From the NCBI GenBank assembly GCA_964462595.1, contig CAYWXM010000058.1:90-64089 (forward strand): DNA of 64,000 bases, given 5' to 3'. The notes beneath the pieces were generated by a model. The model did not search any database. It saw nothing but the letters and a program-made list of their open reading frames with translations, and had not been told where the DNA came from. The position numbers were made by a program, and so were the translations under genes. The DNA is from an uncultured Actinomycetota bacterium. GTDB taxonomy: Bacteria > Actinomycetota > Geothermincolia > Geothermincolales > RBG-13-55-18. Shown here piece by piece: positions 37,632 to 47,711 of the stretch (positions within the stretch are counted from its first letter, which is position 1; each line of letters begins with the position of its first letter).

Positions 37632-39197
37632 CTAGGCCCAATGTGAAGCCCTGTTCACGGCCTTCTTCCATCCCGCGTACAGCTGGTCCCGCACTTTCTT
37701 TTCCATGGAGGGGGAGAAGACCCGGTCCACGCGGCGGATGCGCGTGATATCGTCGGGGTATCTCCAAATCCCCGCCGCGATGCCGGCGAGGAAAGCCGCG
37801 CCCAGGGCCGTGGCCTCCAGCACCTGAGGCCTCTCCACCTCCGCGTCCAGGATGTCCGACATGAACTGGAGCAGAAAATCGTTCTCGGAAGCCCCTCCAT
37901 CCGCCTTTATGCTCTTCACATCGATGCCGGTGTCCTTCTGCATGGCTTCGATCACGTCCTTGCACTGGTAGGCGATCGACTCCAGGGTCGCCCTCACCAC
38001 CTGCTCCTTGGTGGTTCCGCGCGTGAGGCCGATGACGGTGCCGCGCGCGTAAGGGTCCCAGTATGGGGCGGTGAGCCCGGTGAAGGCCGGCACCACGTAA
38101 ACGCCGCCGCAGTCCTCGCACGCCTCGGCCAGGGCCTCGGAGTCCGACGCCTTCTCGATGATCTGCAGGTTATCCCTGAGCCACTGTATGGAGGAACCGG
38201 CGCTGGAGATGATCCCCTCCATCATAAACGCGGTGCTCTCCCCTATCTTCCAGGCGATAAGGGGGGTAAGCCTGTTGATCGAGGCCAGTGGCTCGTCGCC
38301 GGTGTTGATATCGATGAAGGTGCCGGTGCCGTTGGTGCACTTTACGCTGCCTTTCTCGAAGCAGGCCTCCCCGAAGAGGGCCGCCTGCTGGTCGGCAACC
38401 ACGCATCTGATGGGGATGGGATCTCCGAAGACCTCGGTGACGCCGAAATCGCCGCTGGTATCCCTGATCTCCGGGAAAACCAGGTTTCCCGGGAGCTTGA
38501 AGGGTTTGAGGAGCAGGGAACTCCACCTCATCGCGAAGGGATCGTACATGCCGGTGGCGCTCACGTTGGAGTAATCGGTGGCGTGCACCGCGCCCGCGGT
38601 GTAATTCCATACCAGCCAGGTATCCACGGTGCCCATGAGCAATTTGCCCGCAGCGGCCCTCTGCTCCGCCCCCTCCACGTTGTCCAGCACCCAGCGGGCA
38701 TGGGCGGAGGACTGCGCGGGAGTCACGGTGAAATGGGCCGCGGTGATGAGCATCTTTCCCAACAGGTTCCTGCGCAGCCCCTCACTCAGGGGCGCGATCC
38801 TCTGGTAAGCCCCGCCGAGCAGGTGCAGCATCTTGAACAGCGGGCTGTGGTTTATATTTTCGCAGGCGTCCGACATCCTGGTATCCTGCCAGGTGATGGC
38901 GTTGTATACCGGCTCACCCGTCTCCGCATCCCAGATCATGCTGGTGGCCCTCTGGGTGGCTATACCCATGGCCGCGACGTCCCCGGGCTCCGCGCCGGCT
39001 TTTTCCAGGGTTTTCCTGGTAACGTCCACGCAGCTCTCGAAGAGGGCTACCGGATCCTGCTCCGTCCATCCAGGCCGGGGAAAGATCTGCCGTATCTCCT
39101 GGTAGACCTCGGAAACGACGTTGGTCTCGCGGTCGAAGAGCACCGCCCTGGTCCCGGTGGTGCCGACGTCGTTCACGAGGATGTACTTTCCTTCCAT
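37632..39197 (-). CDS. glpK: FGGY glycerol kinase (GK5-like)
   Basis: DVGTTG, ATQR, WQDTR, DQQAALFG, GLTAPYW, ADGG. Confidence 0.85.
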   Translation of the reverse strand: MEGKYILVNDVGTTGTRAVLFDRETNVVSEVYQEIRQIFPRPGWTEQDPVALFESCVDVTRKTLEKAGAEPGDVAAMGIATQRATSMIWDAETGEPVYNAITWQDTRMSDACENINHSPLFKMLHLLGGAYQRIAPLSEGLRRNLLGKMLITAAHFTVTPAQSSAHARWVLDNVEGAEQRAAAGKLLMGTVDTWLVWNYTAGAVHATDYSNVSATGMYDPFAMRWSSLLLKPFKLPGNLVFPEIRDTSGDFGVTEVFGDPIPIRCVVADQQAALFGEACFEKGSVKCTNGTGTFIDINTGDEPLASINRLTPLIAWKIGESTAFMMEGIISSAGSSIQWLRDNLQIIEKASDSEALAEACEDCGGVYVVPAFTGLTAPYWDPYARGTVIGLTRGTTKEQVVRATLESIAYQCKDVIEAMQKDTGIDVKSIKADGGASENDFLLQFMSDILDAEVERPQVLEATALGAAFLAGIAAGIWRYPDDITRIRRVDRVFSPSMEKKVRDQLYAGWKKAVNRASHWA

Positions 39198-39262
39198 GGC
39201 ATGCCCCCCTGTCCACTCCGCTCCGAGCCTCCGCTTCGCCTATATTATACGACCCTACAGCG

Positions 39263-42016
39263 CTAGGGAATCGCGCCCACGGAGTCGTGGGCCCAGGTGC
39301 GGGAGTTTCCGTACATGGCGCGCTCCGCCACCACCGGGCTGTCCGAGCTGACCCGGGTGGAGACGTCCCAGGAGGTCACGTAGTCGTTCACCTTGAAGGT
39401 CTTGCGCGTCCCCGCGGGCAGGACGGCGGTGGGGCCGTTCCTGGGACCCTCACCGGTCATGAAGGAGAGGGTCACCCTGGCCTCCGTGTCCCCGGGGTTC
39501 TGCACCAGTACGTAGGTCTCCATGCCTCCCGAGGTGGAGCCCTCGGCCAGGTACCAGGTAGTGGCGGGGGCGGTTACGTTGAAGGCGGCCGCGTTGGAGG
39601 TGCCGCCCGCCGTAGTCACGGTCACCTCCACCTGTCCCGATACGCCCACCGGCACGTAGCATGCGATACTGCCGTCCGCCCAGGAATCATAGATGGAAAC
39701 GGGCTCGCCGCCGAAGGATACGCTGGAGCTTCCCCGCGTGGAGCCGAAGGCGGAGCCGGTTATGGTCACCTTCCTGCCCACCGGCCCCGAGCCGGGCTCT
39801 ATCCCCATGATCCCGGGCAATACCGAGAAATATGCATGGTTCGAAGAACCGACCGGAGTTGTTACGACCACCTCCGCAAGACCCGAAACCCCCGCCGGCA
39901 CGTGGCAGACTATGCTTTCATCCGACCAGCTGTCGTACTGGGCGGCCTGCATCCCGCCGAAGGAGACGTAGGAGCTTCCCCGCGTGGAGCCGAAGGCGGT
40001 GCCCTCCACGATCACCTGGGCGCCGACCCGATCCGAGGGAGGCTCAATGCCGGTGACCTCCGGCCAGGGAGGCATACCGGCGAGGGTGGCGTAGGCGTTG
40101 ATGCGCCCGTAGCCGAAATAGTCGTCGCGGCCAGCTGGGGACTTGTCGTCGGCGAACTGCTCCATCCACTGCTCTACCTGCCCCGAGCCGTAACGCGGCT
40201 CGGCAGACAGTACGAGGGCGGCCAGGCCCGCCGCCATGGGCGTAGCCATGGAGGTGCCGGAGAGATAATCGTAATCCTGCGCGTAGCCCCAACTGTTCAA
40301 GGCCACCGCGTAAGTGGGCATGGTGGAATAGATATATCTGCCGGGGGCCGACACATCTACGCTGGCGTTAAATGTGGAGAAGCTCGCTATTTCGTCTTTG
40401 TTTGTCGTGGCGCCCACTCCTATGACGTTATCGCAGCCCGCGGGGTACTGCATGGTGCTGTCTCCGCTGTTGCCCGAGGCGGCCAGGACCACGACCCCTG
40501 CATCGTGGGCGTGGTCCACCGCCTCCTGCATGGCTTGAGAATACCCGGTGCCGCCCAGGCTCATGTTGATGACCTCCGCCCCGTTGTCCGCCGCGTAGTA
40601 GATGGCGGCGGTTATGTCGTCGTAGCTGCCGGACCCGGTGCAGTCCATGACCTTGAGGGGCATGAGCCCGGCCCCGAAGGAGACGCCTACGCCGCCTTCC
40701 GCGTTACCCTCCTCGGCCCCCACGATGCCGCCGACGTGAGTGCCATGTCCGTTGTCGTCGCGCGGATTGGCGTTGGGGTTGGTGATGAAGAAGAAATCGC
40801 TCTTTGCATATGTCAACCATGAGGCATCCCCATCCCAGCGGTATTCCTGCCCGTCCCTGTAGCAGTCGTACTGGTCCGTGTATGCATCCGGGGGGTCGTT
40901 GGAATAATTGTGATACATATAATAATAATCGCTGGTACTGTTGTTCGCAGTCTGGAAGACAAGGTAGTATGTTGTGCCATCTGCCAGGCTCTGCGCGGCC
41001 GAGAGTTCCTTGTACACTTCCGACCCTCCACTGCTGACCTCCGCTGGAGAGATGGAGAAAGAGGCGAGGTCTGCGCCATCAATGGTCGATCTCAGCGATA
41101 CGGTGATCCCCCCAGAGGGACTCCCTACTTTTTGCAGCAACACGCCGACATGCGTAAGGTCTTGGCCTGTCCCTTTAATAGACTGCGCGAATTTCTGCCG
41201 GGTGGGATCGTAGCCGAAACGCCAGACCGTATAGGTATAAGCGCCGCTCGAGGTATTCCGATAATAGAAACGGCTCTGGGTGATGCCCGCCCAGTTAAAG
41301 CCGGTGGCGTCGTCGACGTAGCCGTTGACGTCGTCGTCTATGCCGTTGCCGGGTACCTCGCCGCCGTTATTCCATATCTTATCATCCAGGTCAGGGTGGG
41401 TCGCGTCCATGCCCGTGTCGATAACCGCCACCGTTACCGGGTCGGTGAAGCCCTTCTCGAGGTCCCAGGCCTCGGGAGCGCCGATGTCCGCGCCGGGAGT
41501 GCCGACGCGGCCGATATCCTGGCCGGTGTTCTCCAATCCCCACTGCAGATCGTAATCCGGGTCCGCGGGGGTATAAAGAGCGTGTGCGATGTAGTTCGGC
41601 TCCGCGTAGAGGACGCCCGCGAGCGGTGACAGCAGCCACACGGCGTTCTTCACCGACATACCCCCGTCCAGCCTCAGGAGCGTCAGCAGTTCCCCGCCCT
41701 CCCGGAAAACCTCCTCCAGATCATCGGCCAGGCCGGCGCCCTCCAGAAACTCACCGATGCGCGCGGCCGCCTCACCGCTGGAGAACTTCACCAGCACTTC
41801 CCCCGGCTTATAGGTCAGCCGGCTGTCCGCCATGGCCGGCCTTTCCGGCTCCGGCACTTCTACGGCATCCTGTGCCGCGGCGGGATCGAGGCCAAACGCC
41901 GGCAACAACGCCGCGAAGAGTATGAGGGCGAGGATGATCGAGAGGGATGTCATGGGGGATCGAGGCTTGCAGCAGCCCGTCTTTGTGTGCTTCCGACCGT
42001 ATCCGCGCTTAATCAA
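39263..42016 (-). CDS. Secreted S8 serine peptidase with inserted domain, two IPT/TIG domains and one YLAEG repeat
   Basis: VAVIDTG, GHGTHV.G, SGTSMATP triad. The start could be the ATG near 41953. Confidence 0.9.
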   Translation of the reverse strand: MIKRGYGRKHTKTGCCKPRSPMTSLSIILALILFAALLPAFGLDPAAAQDAVEVPEPERPAMADSRLTYKPGEVLVKFSSGEAAARIGEFLEGAGLADDLEEVFREGGELLTLLRLDGGMSVKNAVWLLSPLAGVLYAEPNYIAHALYTPADPDYDLQWGLENTGQDIGRVGTPGADIGAPEAWDLEKGFTDPVTVAVIDTGMDATHPDLDDKIWNNGGEVPGNGIDDDVNGYVDDATGFNWAGITQSRFYYRNTSSGAYTYTVWRFGYDPTRQKFAQSIKGTGQDLTHVGVLLQKVGSPSGGITVSLRSTIDGADLASFSISPAEVSSGGSEVYKELSAAQSLADGTTYYLVFQTANNSTSDYYYMYHNYSNDPPDAYTDQYDCYRDGQEYRWDGDASWLTYAKSDFFFITNPNANPRDDNGHGTHVGGIVGAEEGNAEGGVGVSFGAGLMPLKVMDCTGSGSYDDITAAIYYAADNGAEVINMSLGGTGYSQAMQEAVDHAHDAGVVVLAASGNSGDSTMQYPAGCDNVIGVGATTNKDEIASFSTFNASVDVSAPGRYIYSTMPTYAVALNSWGYAQDYDYLSGTSMATPMAAGLAALVLSAEPRYGSGQVEQWMEQFADDKSPAGRDDYFGYGRINAYATLAGMPPWPEVTGIEPPSDRVGAQVIVEGTAFGSTRGSSYVSFGGMQAAQYDSWSDESIVCHVPAGVSGLAEVVVTTPVGSSNHAYFSVLPGIMGIEPGSGPVGRKVTITGSAFGSTRGSSSVSFGGEPVSIYDSWADGSIACYVPVGVSGQVEVTVTTAGGTSNAAAFNVTAPATTWYLAEGSTSGGMETYVLVQNPGDTEARVTLSFMTGEGPRNGPTAVLPAGTRKTFKVNDYVTSWDVSTRVSSDSPVVAERAMYGNSRTWAHDSVGAIP

Positions 42017-42231
42017 TGTTTAAACACCTGTTTTCAGATTAGACGGAAACGACCCCCATGGCAAACCCGAAAACAGGCCTTCGACCCCGCAGGACGTTAT
42101 CCGCCAGGTAACCGCGCCCATCCGCGTCCCGCCGGCAAGCCCGCGTAGGGATCAGGTTTGAACACCGCACATGGATGCCGGTGCCTGCACGCGCCCCGCG
42201 ACCCGCATCGCACGCGAAACAAGGGCGGCCG

Positions 42232-44976
42232 TCAAAGGCGGAACCCCACAACGCTGTGCCCCCCGTCACTGCCCCCCTGGCCAAAATACATGGGCCTTTC
42301 GGCCACCACGTTAGTGCCCGAGATTACACGCAGGCGGCAGGACAGCTGGTACCCCGCTCCTGCGTGTTCATTCACGAAGAGGTTGACGCGGGTGCGGGCG
42401 GGAACGCTGACCATGCGCGCCGGGAGGGCCCCCTCCTCCTGCGTCAGGTAGACCACCTCGACCAGGGCCTCCTCGAAACCGGGGTTCTGCAGGCACAGCC
42501 ATTCGTGATAACCCCCGCCGGTATATCCCTCGGCAAAGAATATCTCCGCGGAGGTCGTGCCGGCACCGATGACGCAGTCTCCTCCCCGCCAGTGTGCGGC
42601 GCCCATACCGGTGTAATCGAAGTACATGGGTCGCTCGGCGAGAAAGGCGGAAGGCGACGACAGTTCTACCGACACGTCCTTCTCCATTCCCACCTCGTCG
42701 GGGACATAGACCGTGAGCCTCTTCCCGCCCTCCACGCGGTAGCTCTTCCTCGCAGGATCGCCCTGCCCTTCCCCGAAGTGATATACGGCTTCGACCTCGA
42801 TCGCCTGCCCGGCGGGGTTCTGAAGCGTAAGCCACTCCTCGAACCCCACTCGCGTCGTCCCCTCCGCGAAAAAGTAGGCGTTCGCGAGGGCGGGTGCCCC
42901 GATCACGCAATGCCCCCCCTGCCAGTGGTGGTCTCCCCTCCCGCGGTAATCGAAATAGACGGGGCGTTCCGCGACCACGGGAAGGGTTGACTCCACCGCG
43001 CAGGAGGCCTGGTACTGCCCGCCCAGAAGTTCGTTCGCCTTGAAGGAAGCGCGGGACCGGGGCCCCACGGCAAGACCTCTCACCACCTTCTCGCCCTCCT
43101 CCTCGGTCTGAAAGCGGAGGGTGAGCCCTGCTTCCTCCTCGTTCGGGTTGAGCACGCAGATCCACTCCTCGAAACCCTCCCCGGTGTAGCCCTCGGCAAA
43201 GTAAACGAAGCTGCTTGGCTCGCGCGCTCCCGCCGCCACGTGGCCGCCCGTCCAGCCGTCCCCATAGCTGAAATACATGGGCCTCTCCGCCACTACGGCC
43301 TGGAGGGAGGAGACCACCATGGCGACCTCTACGCCCGCCCCGACCGCGCTGTTGACGTCAACGGTCGAGCGGGATCCGGGCGGCACGCCGAGGTGCAGAG
43401 ACCGCTCCGATCCGTCGCCCAGGAGAAACTCGATATCCACCTCCGCATTCTCTATGCCGGTATTGCCCACGCAGAGGTATTCCTGAAAACCTGCCCCGGT
43501 ATAGCCCTCGGCGAAGTAAAAGCTGTTCGTCTCCGGCCCTGACCCTTTTTTATACAGCCTAAGGATCACCGGGGTTTTCCCGATGGCAAGCCCCGATACG
43601 GAGATGTTGCCCCCGGCATCCCGGCTGACCCCCGGTATGGAGCTCTCATTCCCGGAGGCGGGGTCAATGCTGACCGGGTCCGCGAGGGAGGGGTCGGGGA
43701 TGGTTACGGCAAGTGAATCGGACGTATCGTCCGATTTCCAGGCGGCGATGGCCAGGCCGCCGTCCGGAAGGCGGAAGCAGTGGGCCTCCAGTGCGGAAGG
43801 GGACTCGCAGGAGAAGGTGGCCGCGTCCGGATCGGAGGCGGTAGAGGGGCCGAAGACCTGCTGAAAAACGGAGTAATAACCGAAAGACGGCTTGGTCGTG
43901 AAGCTGTACGCGAGCAGCCCGTAATAGTCGGTGTCGTTCTCCTGCGTGTCCCTCAGGTTGAACCAGATCACCCGGTCCACGTCCGTGGATGCGAAGTTGA
44001 TAAGGGTGCGCAGGAGGTAGGAGGCCTGGGTATCCCTGTCCACGCCCGCCGTCGATTCTGCGCTGGTGGTCCAGCCCACCTCGGTTATCCATACCTGGAG
44101 ATCCTTCTCCGTGTGCTCCGACACCAGCGAGTGCACCTGCTGGACCAGGTAGCGGTTGAGGCTCTCCTTTGGCCGGAGCCTGTCCTCCACCGGCTGGCCG
44201 GTAAACCAGATGGTCTCGGCATAAGGGTGATACGCGATAGCGTCTATGTACTCGGCTGCACCCAGGGAAAGGTATTCCTCGAGGATAGAATCCCCGAGGT
44301 CCTGGTCGCCCAGCCCTGCCACTCCCCCCATGACTATGGTCGCCTCGGGATCCGCGGCGCGTATCTGCGCCGAGGCCGCGGCGAGGAGGGCCACGTATCC
44401 CTCCGCATCCGGCTCGGGCTGCCAGAAGATGCTGAGGTTCTGCTCGTTCCATATCTCCCAGGCCGCCACCTTCCCGCGGTAGCGGGAGACGACAACGGAT
44501 ACGTAGTCCTCCCAGGCCGCCATGTCTGTGGGCGGCCAATTCCACGCATTACCTCCATTGGCCCAGTAAGGAGTCCCGCCGAGGATACCCAGCACCTCTA
44601 TTCCCCGCTCCTGCGCTTCCTCCACCGCCAGGTCCGCGCCCGCCAGGTTCCACGCACCCTGCACCGGCTCCAGGTAATGCCAGGCGAAGGCGTAGCGCAG
44701 CCATGCCGCTCCTGCGTTGTCCGCCGCATTAAGTTCCGCTTCGACCGCGGAGGGATCGTAGTTCGCGATATGGCTGGAGGCCACCCCGAAGCGCTCGCCC
44801 ACCGTGCTCGCGGAGGCCGCCGTATACGCGGCTTGCCGGGAATCCGGCCGGCTGTCGCCTGCCTCGCATTTTCCCCCGGCAGGCCCCGCTTCCGCCCCGC
44901 CGGCTAAAGCAAGCCCGCAGGTGAGCAGGCAGGCGACGAGCAGGGCGAGGTACGGGATATAGCTTGACCTGTGCAT
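42232..44976 (-). CDS. Secreted clan GH-A glycoside hydrolase with four C-terminal YFAEG repeats
   Basis: WEIWNEQ (acid/base), YHPY, WITEVGW (nucleophile). Confidence 0.85.
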   Translation of the reverse strand: MHRSSYIPYLALLVACLLTCGLALAGGAEAGPAGGKCEAGDSRPDSRQAAYTAASASTVGERFGVASSHIANYDPSAVEAELNAADNAGAAWLRYAFAWHYLEPVQGAWNLAGADLAVEEAQERGIEVLGILGGTPYWANGGNAWNWPPTDMAAWEDYVSVVVSRYRGKVAAWEIWNEQNLSIFWQPEPDAEGYVALLAAASAQIRAADPEATIVMGGVAGLGDQDLGDSILEEYLSLGAAEYIDAIAYHPYAETIWFTGQPVEDRLRPKESLNRYLVQQVHSLVSEHTEKDLQVWITEVGWTTSAESTAGVDRDTQASYLLRTLINFASTDVDRVIWFNLRDTQENDTDYYGLLAYSFTTKPSFGYYSVFQQVFGPSTASDPDAATFSCESPSALEAHCFRLPDGGLAIAAWKSDDTSDSLAVTIPDPSLADPVSIDPASGNESSIPGVSRDAGGNISVSGLAIGKTPVILRLYKKGSGPETNSFYFAEGYTGAGFQEYLCVGNTGIENAEVDIEFLLGDGSERSLHLGVPPGSRSTVDVNSAVGAGVEVAMVVSSLQAVVAERPMYFSYGDGWTGGHVAAGAREPSSFVYFAEGYTGEGFEEWICVLNPNEEEAGLTLRFQTEEEGEKVVRGLAVGPRSRASFKANELLGGQYQASCAVESTLPVVAERPVYFDYRGRGDHHWQGGHCVIGAPALANAYFFAEGTTRVGFEEWLTLQNPAGQAIEVEAVYHFGEGQGDPARKSYRVEGGKRLTVYVPDEVGMEKDVSVELSSPSAFLAERPMYFDYTGMGAAHWRGGDCVIGAGTTSAEIFFAEGYTGGGYHEWLCLQNPGFEEALVEVVYLTQEEGALPARMVSVPARTRVNLFVNEHAGAGYQLSCRLRVISGTNVVAERPMYFGQGGSDGGHSVVGFRL

Positions 44977-45167
44977 AAAACCTCTCCATCGGGGCGCCTC
45001 TGTGATCCGCCCCTTATTCGAGCCTTACCTCTATATCGGCTTCCTCTCTTTTCGATTTAATCGCCTGCACCCGGGCCTTCCCCCATCGCCACAAGCGGCC
45101 CGGTGCCGGAGAGGGCGTCCACGAGATCCACGGTTCGAATATCTGTCGGGCAAGCCGGCAGCGGTGC

Positions 45168-45806
45168 TCACTCCGGCGGGTTCGTAATGCGCCCGTAATA
45201 AGACTCGGAGAGGTACAGCGGCTGCATCGGGCAGTGGCCGGTAACGCGGTCCTTGGTGGCCAGGACGGTGGTGAGCACGTTGGTGGTGGCGAAGAAGATG
45301 GTGTCGTGGCCCACGCACAGGCCCAACAGTATATTCAGCTCGCTGCCCTCTTTTTCCAGGGCCATGGCCTGCGCAGCCGGGTTGCAGGCTCCCTCGTAGG
45401 TGCCGGGGTTTATCTTCTCCCCGTCTTCCAGGCCGAAATCCTCCTTGGCTATGCCGCCCAACTTGCAGCACACCGAGACCACCTCGAAACCGTTGCCCTC
45501 CAGGATGGATGTAAGCAGGATGGCCTCCTTGCGCAAACCTACGCAGAACGCGATACCCAACTTGCGCAGGCCCAGCCTGCGGGCGAAGTCCATTATTTCC
45601 TCGACCCTGGTCTTCCTGCAGTAGCCGGCCGCCTCCACAATCGAGGAAACCCTGGCCACTTCCCTGAGTTCGCCCTCTATCACCCGGCGGCTGGCCTCCT
45701 TTATCTCCTCCTCGTAACGCGTGGAAGGACAGAAGGCGGGGGCGTGGTCGAAGACGCCCAGGTAGCAGAGGGGGGCGGCGCAGTCCGTACACCTGGCTGG
45801 TTTCAT
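45168..45806 (-). CDS. DUF1847 Cys-rich metal-binding protein
   Basis: TRVEEI, GIAFCVGL, SVCCK, CNPAAQA, GLCVGHD, KDRV.GH. Confidence 0.88.
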   Translation of the reverse strand: MKPARCTDCAAPLCYLGVFDHAPAFCPSTRYEEEIKEASRRVIEGELREVARVSSIVEAAGYCRKTRVEEIMDFARRLGLRKLGIAFCVGLRKEAILLTSILEGNGFEVVSVCCKLGGIAKEDFGLEDGEKINPGTYEGACNPAAQAMALEKEGSELNILLGLCVGHDTIFFATTNVLTTVLATKDRVTGHCPMQPLYLSESYYGRITNPPE

Positions 45807-45959
45807 TCTCGCGCTCCTTTCCTTGCCTTTTCGTTGCTTGCACCCGATTCAAACATCATAGCAGCAGCTTTTCCAACCGGCGGCTGAACGAACCCCCGGC
45901 TGCATTTGCGCCGGCAAAGCGCTGGCATCTCCACGGCGGCAGGTGCGCTGAAAAGGGCT

Positions 45960-46145
45960 CACGTCCTCCATCTATATCGATCCGCCACGGCGCATCATGG
46001 ATACGGCGCGGGAGCAGATACGCGTAATGGCTCCGGGCGGCGGCTTCCTTCTCGCTCCGGGATGCGAGTACCCGCCGAACGTCGAGCTGGATAACGCCAG
46101 GGCCGTCGCCAGGGCCGCGGAGATATACGCAAATACCCCAAAAGA
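45960..46145 (+). pseudogene. C-terminal remnant of a uroporphyrinogen decarboxylase/MtaA-family gene
   Basis: APGGGFLLAPGCEYPPNVELDNARAVARAA is the family's C-terminal motif; there is no upstream body. Confidence 0.6.
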
Positions 46146-46228
46146 TAGTGTCGGACGAGACGCCGGAGGCCTTCCCTGCTGCGGTGAAGGAGGGCCAGCC
46201 ACATGCTTGCCGGCGCATACGACGATCC

Positions 46229-47215
46229 TCAGTTCGGCAGCGCCCTCTTCACCAGTTCGATGATATGCAGGTTCTCCAAATCCGCCGCGTCCGCGGCTTT
46301 GCGCAGGCTGAGGTAGCATATGGGGCACAGGTAGGCCATGGCCTGGGCGCCGTGCTCGACGGCATCGCCGATGTTGCGCTCCCTTATCTGCATGGCCTTG
46401 CCGCGGTCGCGGGGGACCATGGGAGAGCCACAACACATGGCGGACCCGCGGTCGTATTTCCTCTCCACCCTCTCCACCCCGATAAGCCGGAACAGCTCGT
46501 CGAGCTGCTCGTCCTTCCAGGGCGTATAGCGCGAGGCGCAGGGCTGCTGGTACGCTACGCGCAAGCCCAGCGGGGTTACCTGGCCTTTACGCTCTTTCAC
46601 GTAATCCAGGAGGTATTCGATGACGTGGATGGCCCGGAAGGGTACCTCTATGCCGTAATCCTTGACCATGGAGGCAAGCAGGGCGTAACAGTCGTCGTGG
46701 TAGAAGACAATCTCATCGGCGCCGGCCGCGGCGAGGTTGTCCACCACCCTCTGCGCCCCTTCCCTCACCGGCGATTCGTAACCGAGGTGTACCCATCCCA
46801 CGTTGCAGAAATAATCCCCGCCCTTGAGCACGGTCATGCCTTCGAATATCGGCCCGTCGAAAAGCCCGGGTATGAGATCACCCACGCTGCACAGCCCGAG
46901 GGCGGGCTTGCCCGGATCCCCCGGTATTATCTGGCTGGGAGCGTTGGGCAGGTTGCGGAACATCGCCGTGTTCTCCTCGGGGATGTTCAGGACCCCCGTT
47001 TCCTCCTGCCGCTGGAGGATGAGGTCGAAGGGGTTGGCGCCCTTGGTGCAGAAATGGTTGCAGGCCACGCAGGTCACGCACTGGCTCACTATCTCGGGGG
47101 TGCCGCCCTCCACAAGCCGCCGGAACTGGTCGATGGACTCCTCGCGGTCGTAATCCACGTAAGGGCACATGAACACGCAGTCACCGCAAAGATCGCACCT
47201 TTCCCTGTAGAACAT
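46229..47215 (-). CDS. Fe-S binding protein with CCG domains (HdrD/GlpC-like)
   Basis: CDLCGDC..CP, CVTCVAC..C, YQQPC, CCG, CPIC. Confidence 0.85.
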   Translation of the reverse strand: MFYRERCDLCGDCVFMCPYVDYDREESIDQFRRLVEGGTPEIVSQCVTCVACNHFCTKGANPFDLILQRQEETGVLNIPEENTAMFRNLPNAPSQIIPGDPGKPALGLCSVGDLIPGLFDGPIFEGMTVLKGGDYFCNVGWVHLGYESPVREGAQRVVDNLAAAGADEIVFYHDDCYALLASMVKDYGIEVPFRAIHVIEYLLDYVKERKGQVTPLGLRVAYQQPCASRYTPWKDEQLDELFRLIGVERVERKYDRGSAMCCGSPMVPRDRGKAMQIRERNIGDAVEHGAQAMAYLCPICYLSLRKAADAADLENLHIIELVKRALPN

Positions 47216-47607
47216 GTCTCCCTCCTTGGTACCTTTTAACCGGTATTGCGGGATCCCTGTCCCCGCTATCGCTTTCTATACGTCAATACGGTAAGCCTGC
47301 ATGAGCGCCACCCAGATCCCGCTCGGGCTACGCGACCGATACCCTCATCCCTGACTTCGCTCCCGACGCCCCGGAGCCTGGGCTTTCCCGTTTCTTACGC
47401 TCCTTCGGGGCCTGGTGCCGCCCCACCTGCGGCCATCGCATTGCATGCCGTAAAAGTCCGGGCATCCACCATCATAATCTAAGCACGTCCCCGCTTCCAA
47501 CGGCCCCTGCCAAAGTATGCCACCAAGCTCCCCTTGGGGTTTGCACGGGTCGTTTCGAGGGTATCATCGTTATACTTCGTATTGAGGTATTGATTTATGC
47601 GGAATTT

Positions 47608-47625
47608 ATTTGCATATACGCAAAT
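47608..47625. promoter_or_regulatory. Palindromic operator upstream of the SCP2/ADH/AOR genes
   Basis: ATTTGC-N6-GCAAAT just upstream of a TATACT -10-like hexamer. Confidence 0.45.
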
Positions 47626-47711
47626 GGAATCTATACTAGTGTTCGTACCGGCAATTTTCTCGGCAACCAAGTAACGCAAGGGGAAACGTCTATCAGGAGG
47701 AGGGATTACGC

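Noticed and set aside
40780-41290. Intein in the S8 protease
   Set aside because: No N-terminal Cys/Ser splice motif, no His-Asn terminus and no homing endonuclease motifs.
42017-42231. Riboswitch upstream of the S8 protease (also 8100-8310)
   Set aside because: No match to c-di-GMP, c-di-AMP, fluoride or other consensus elements that I can recognise.
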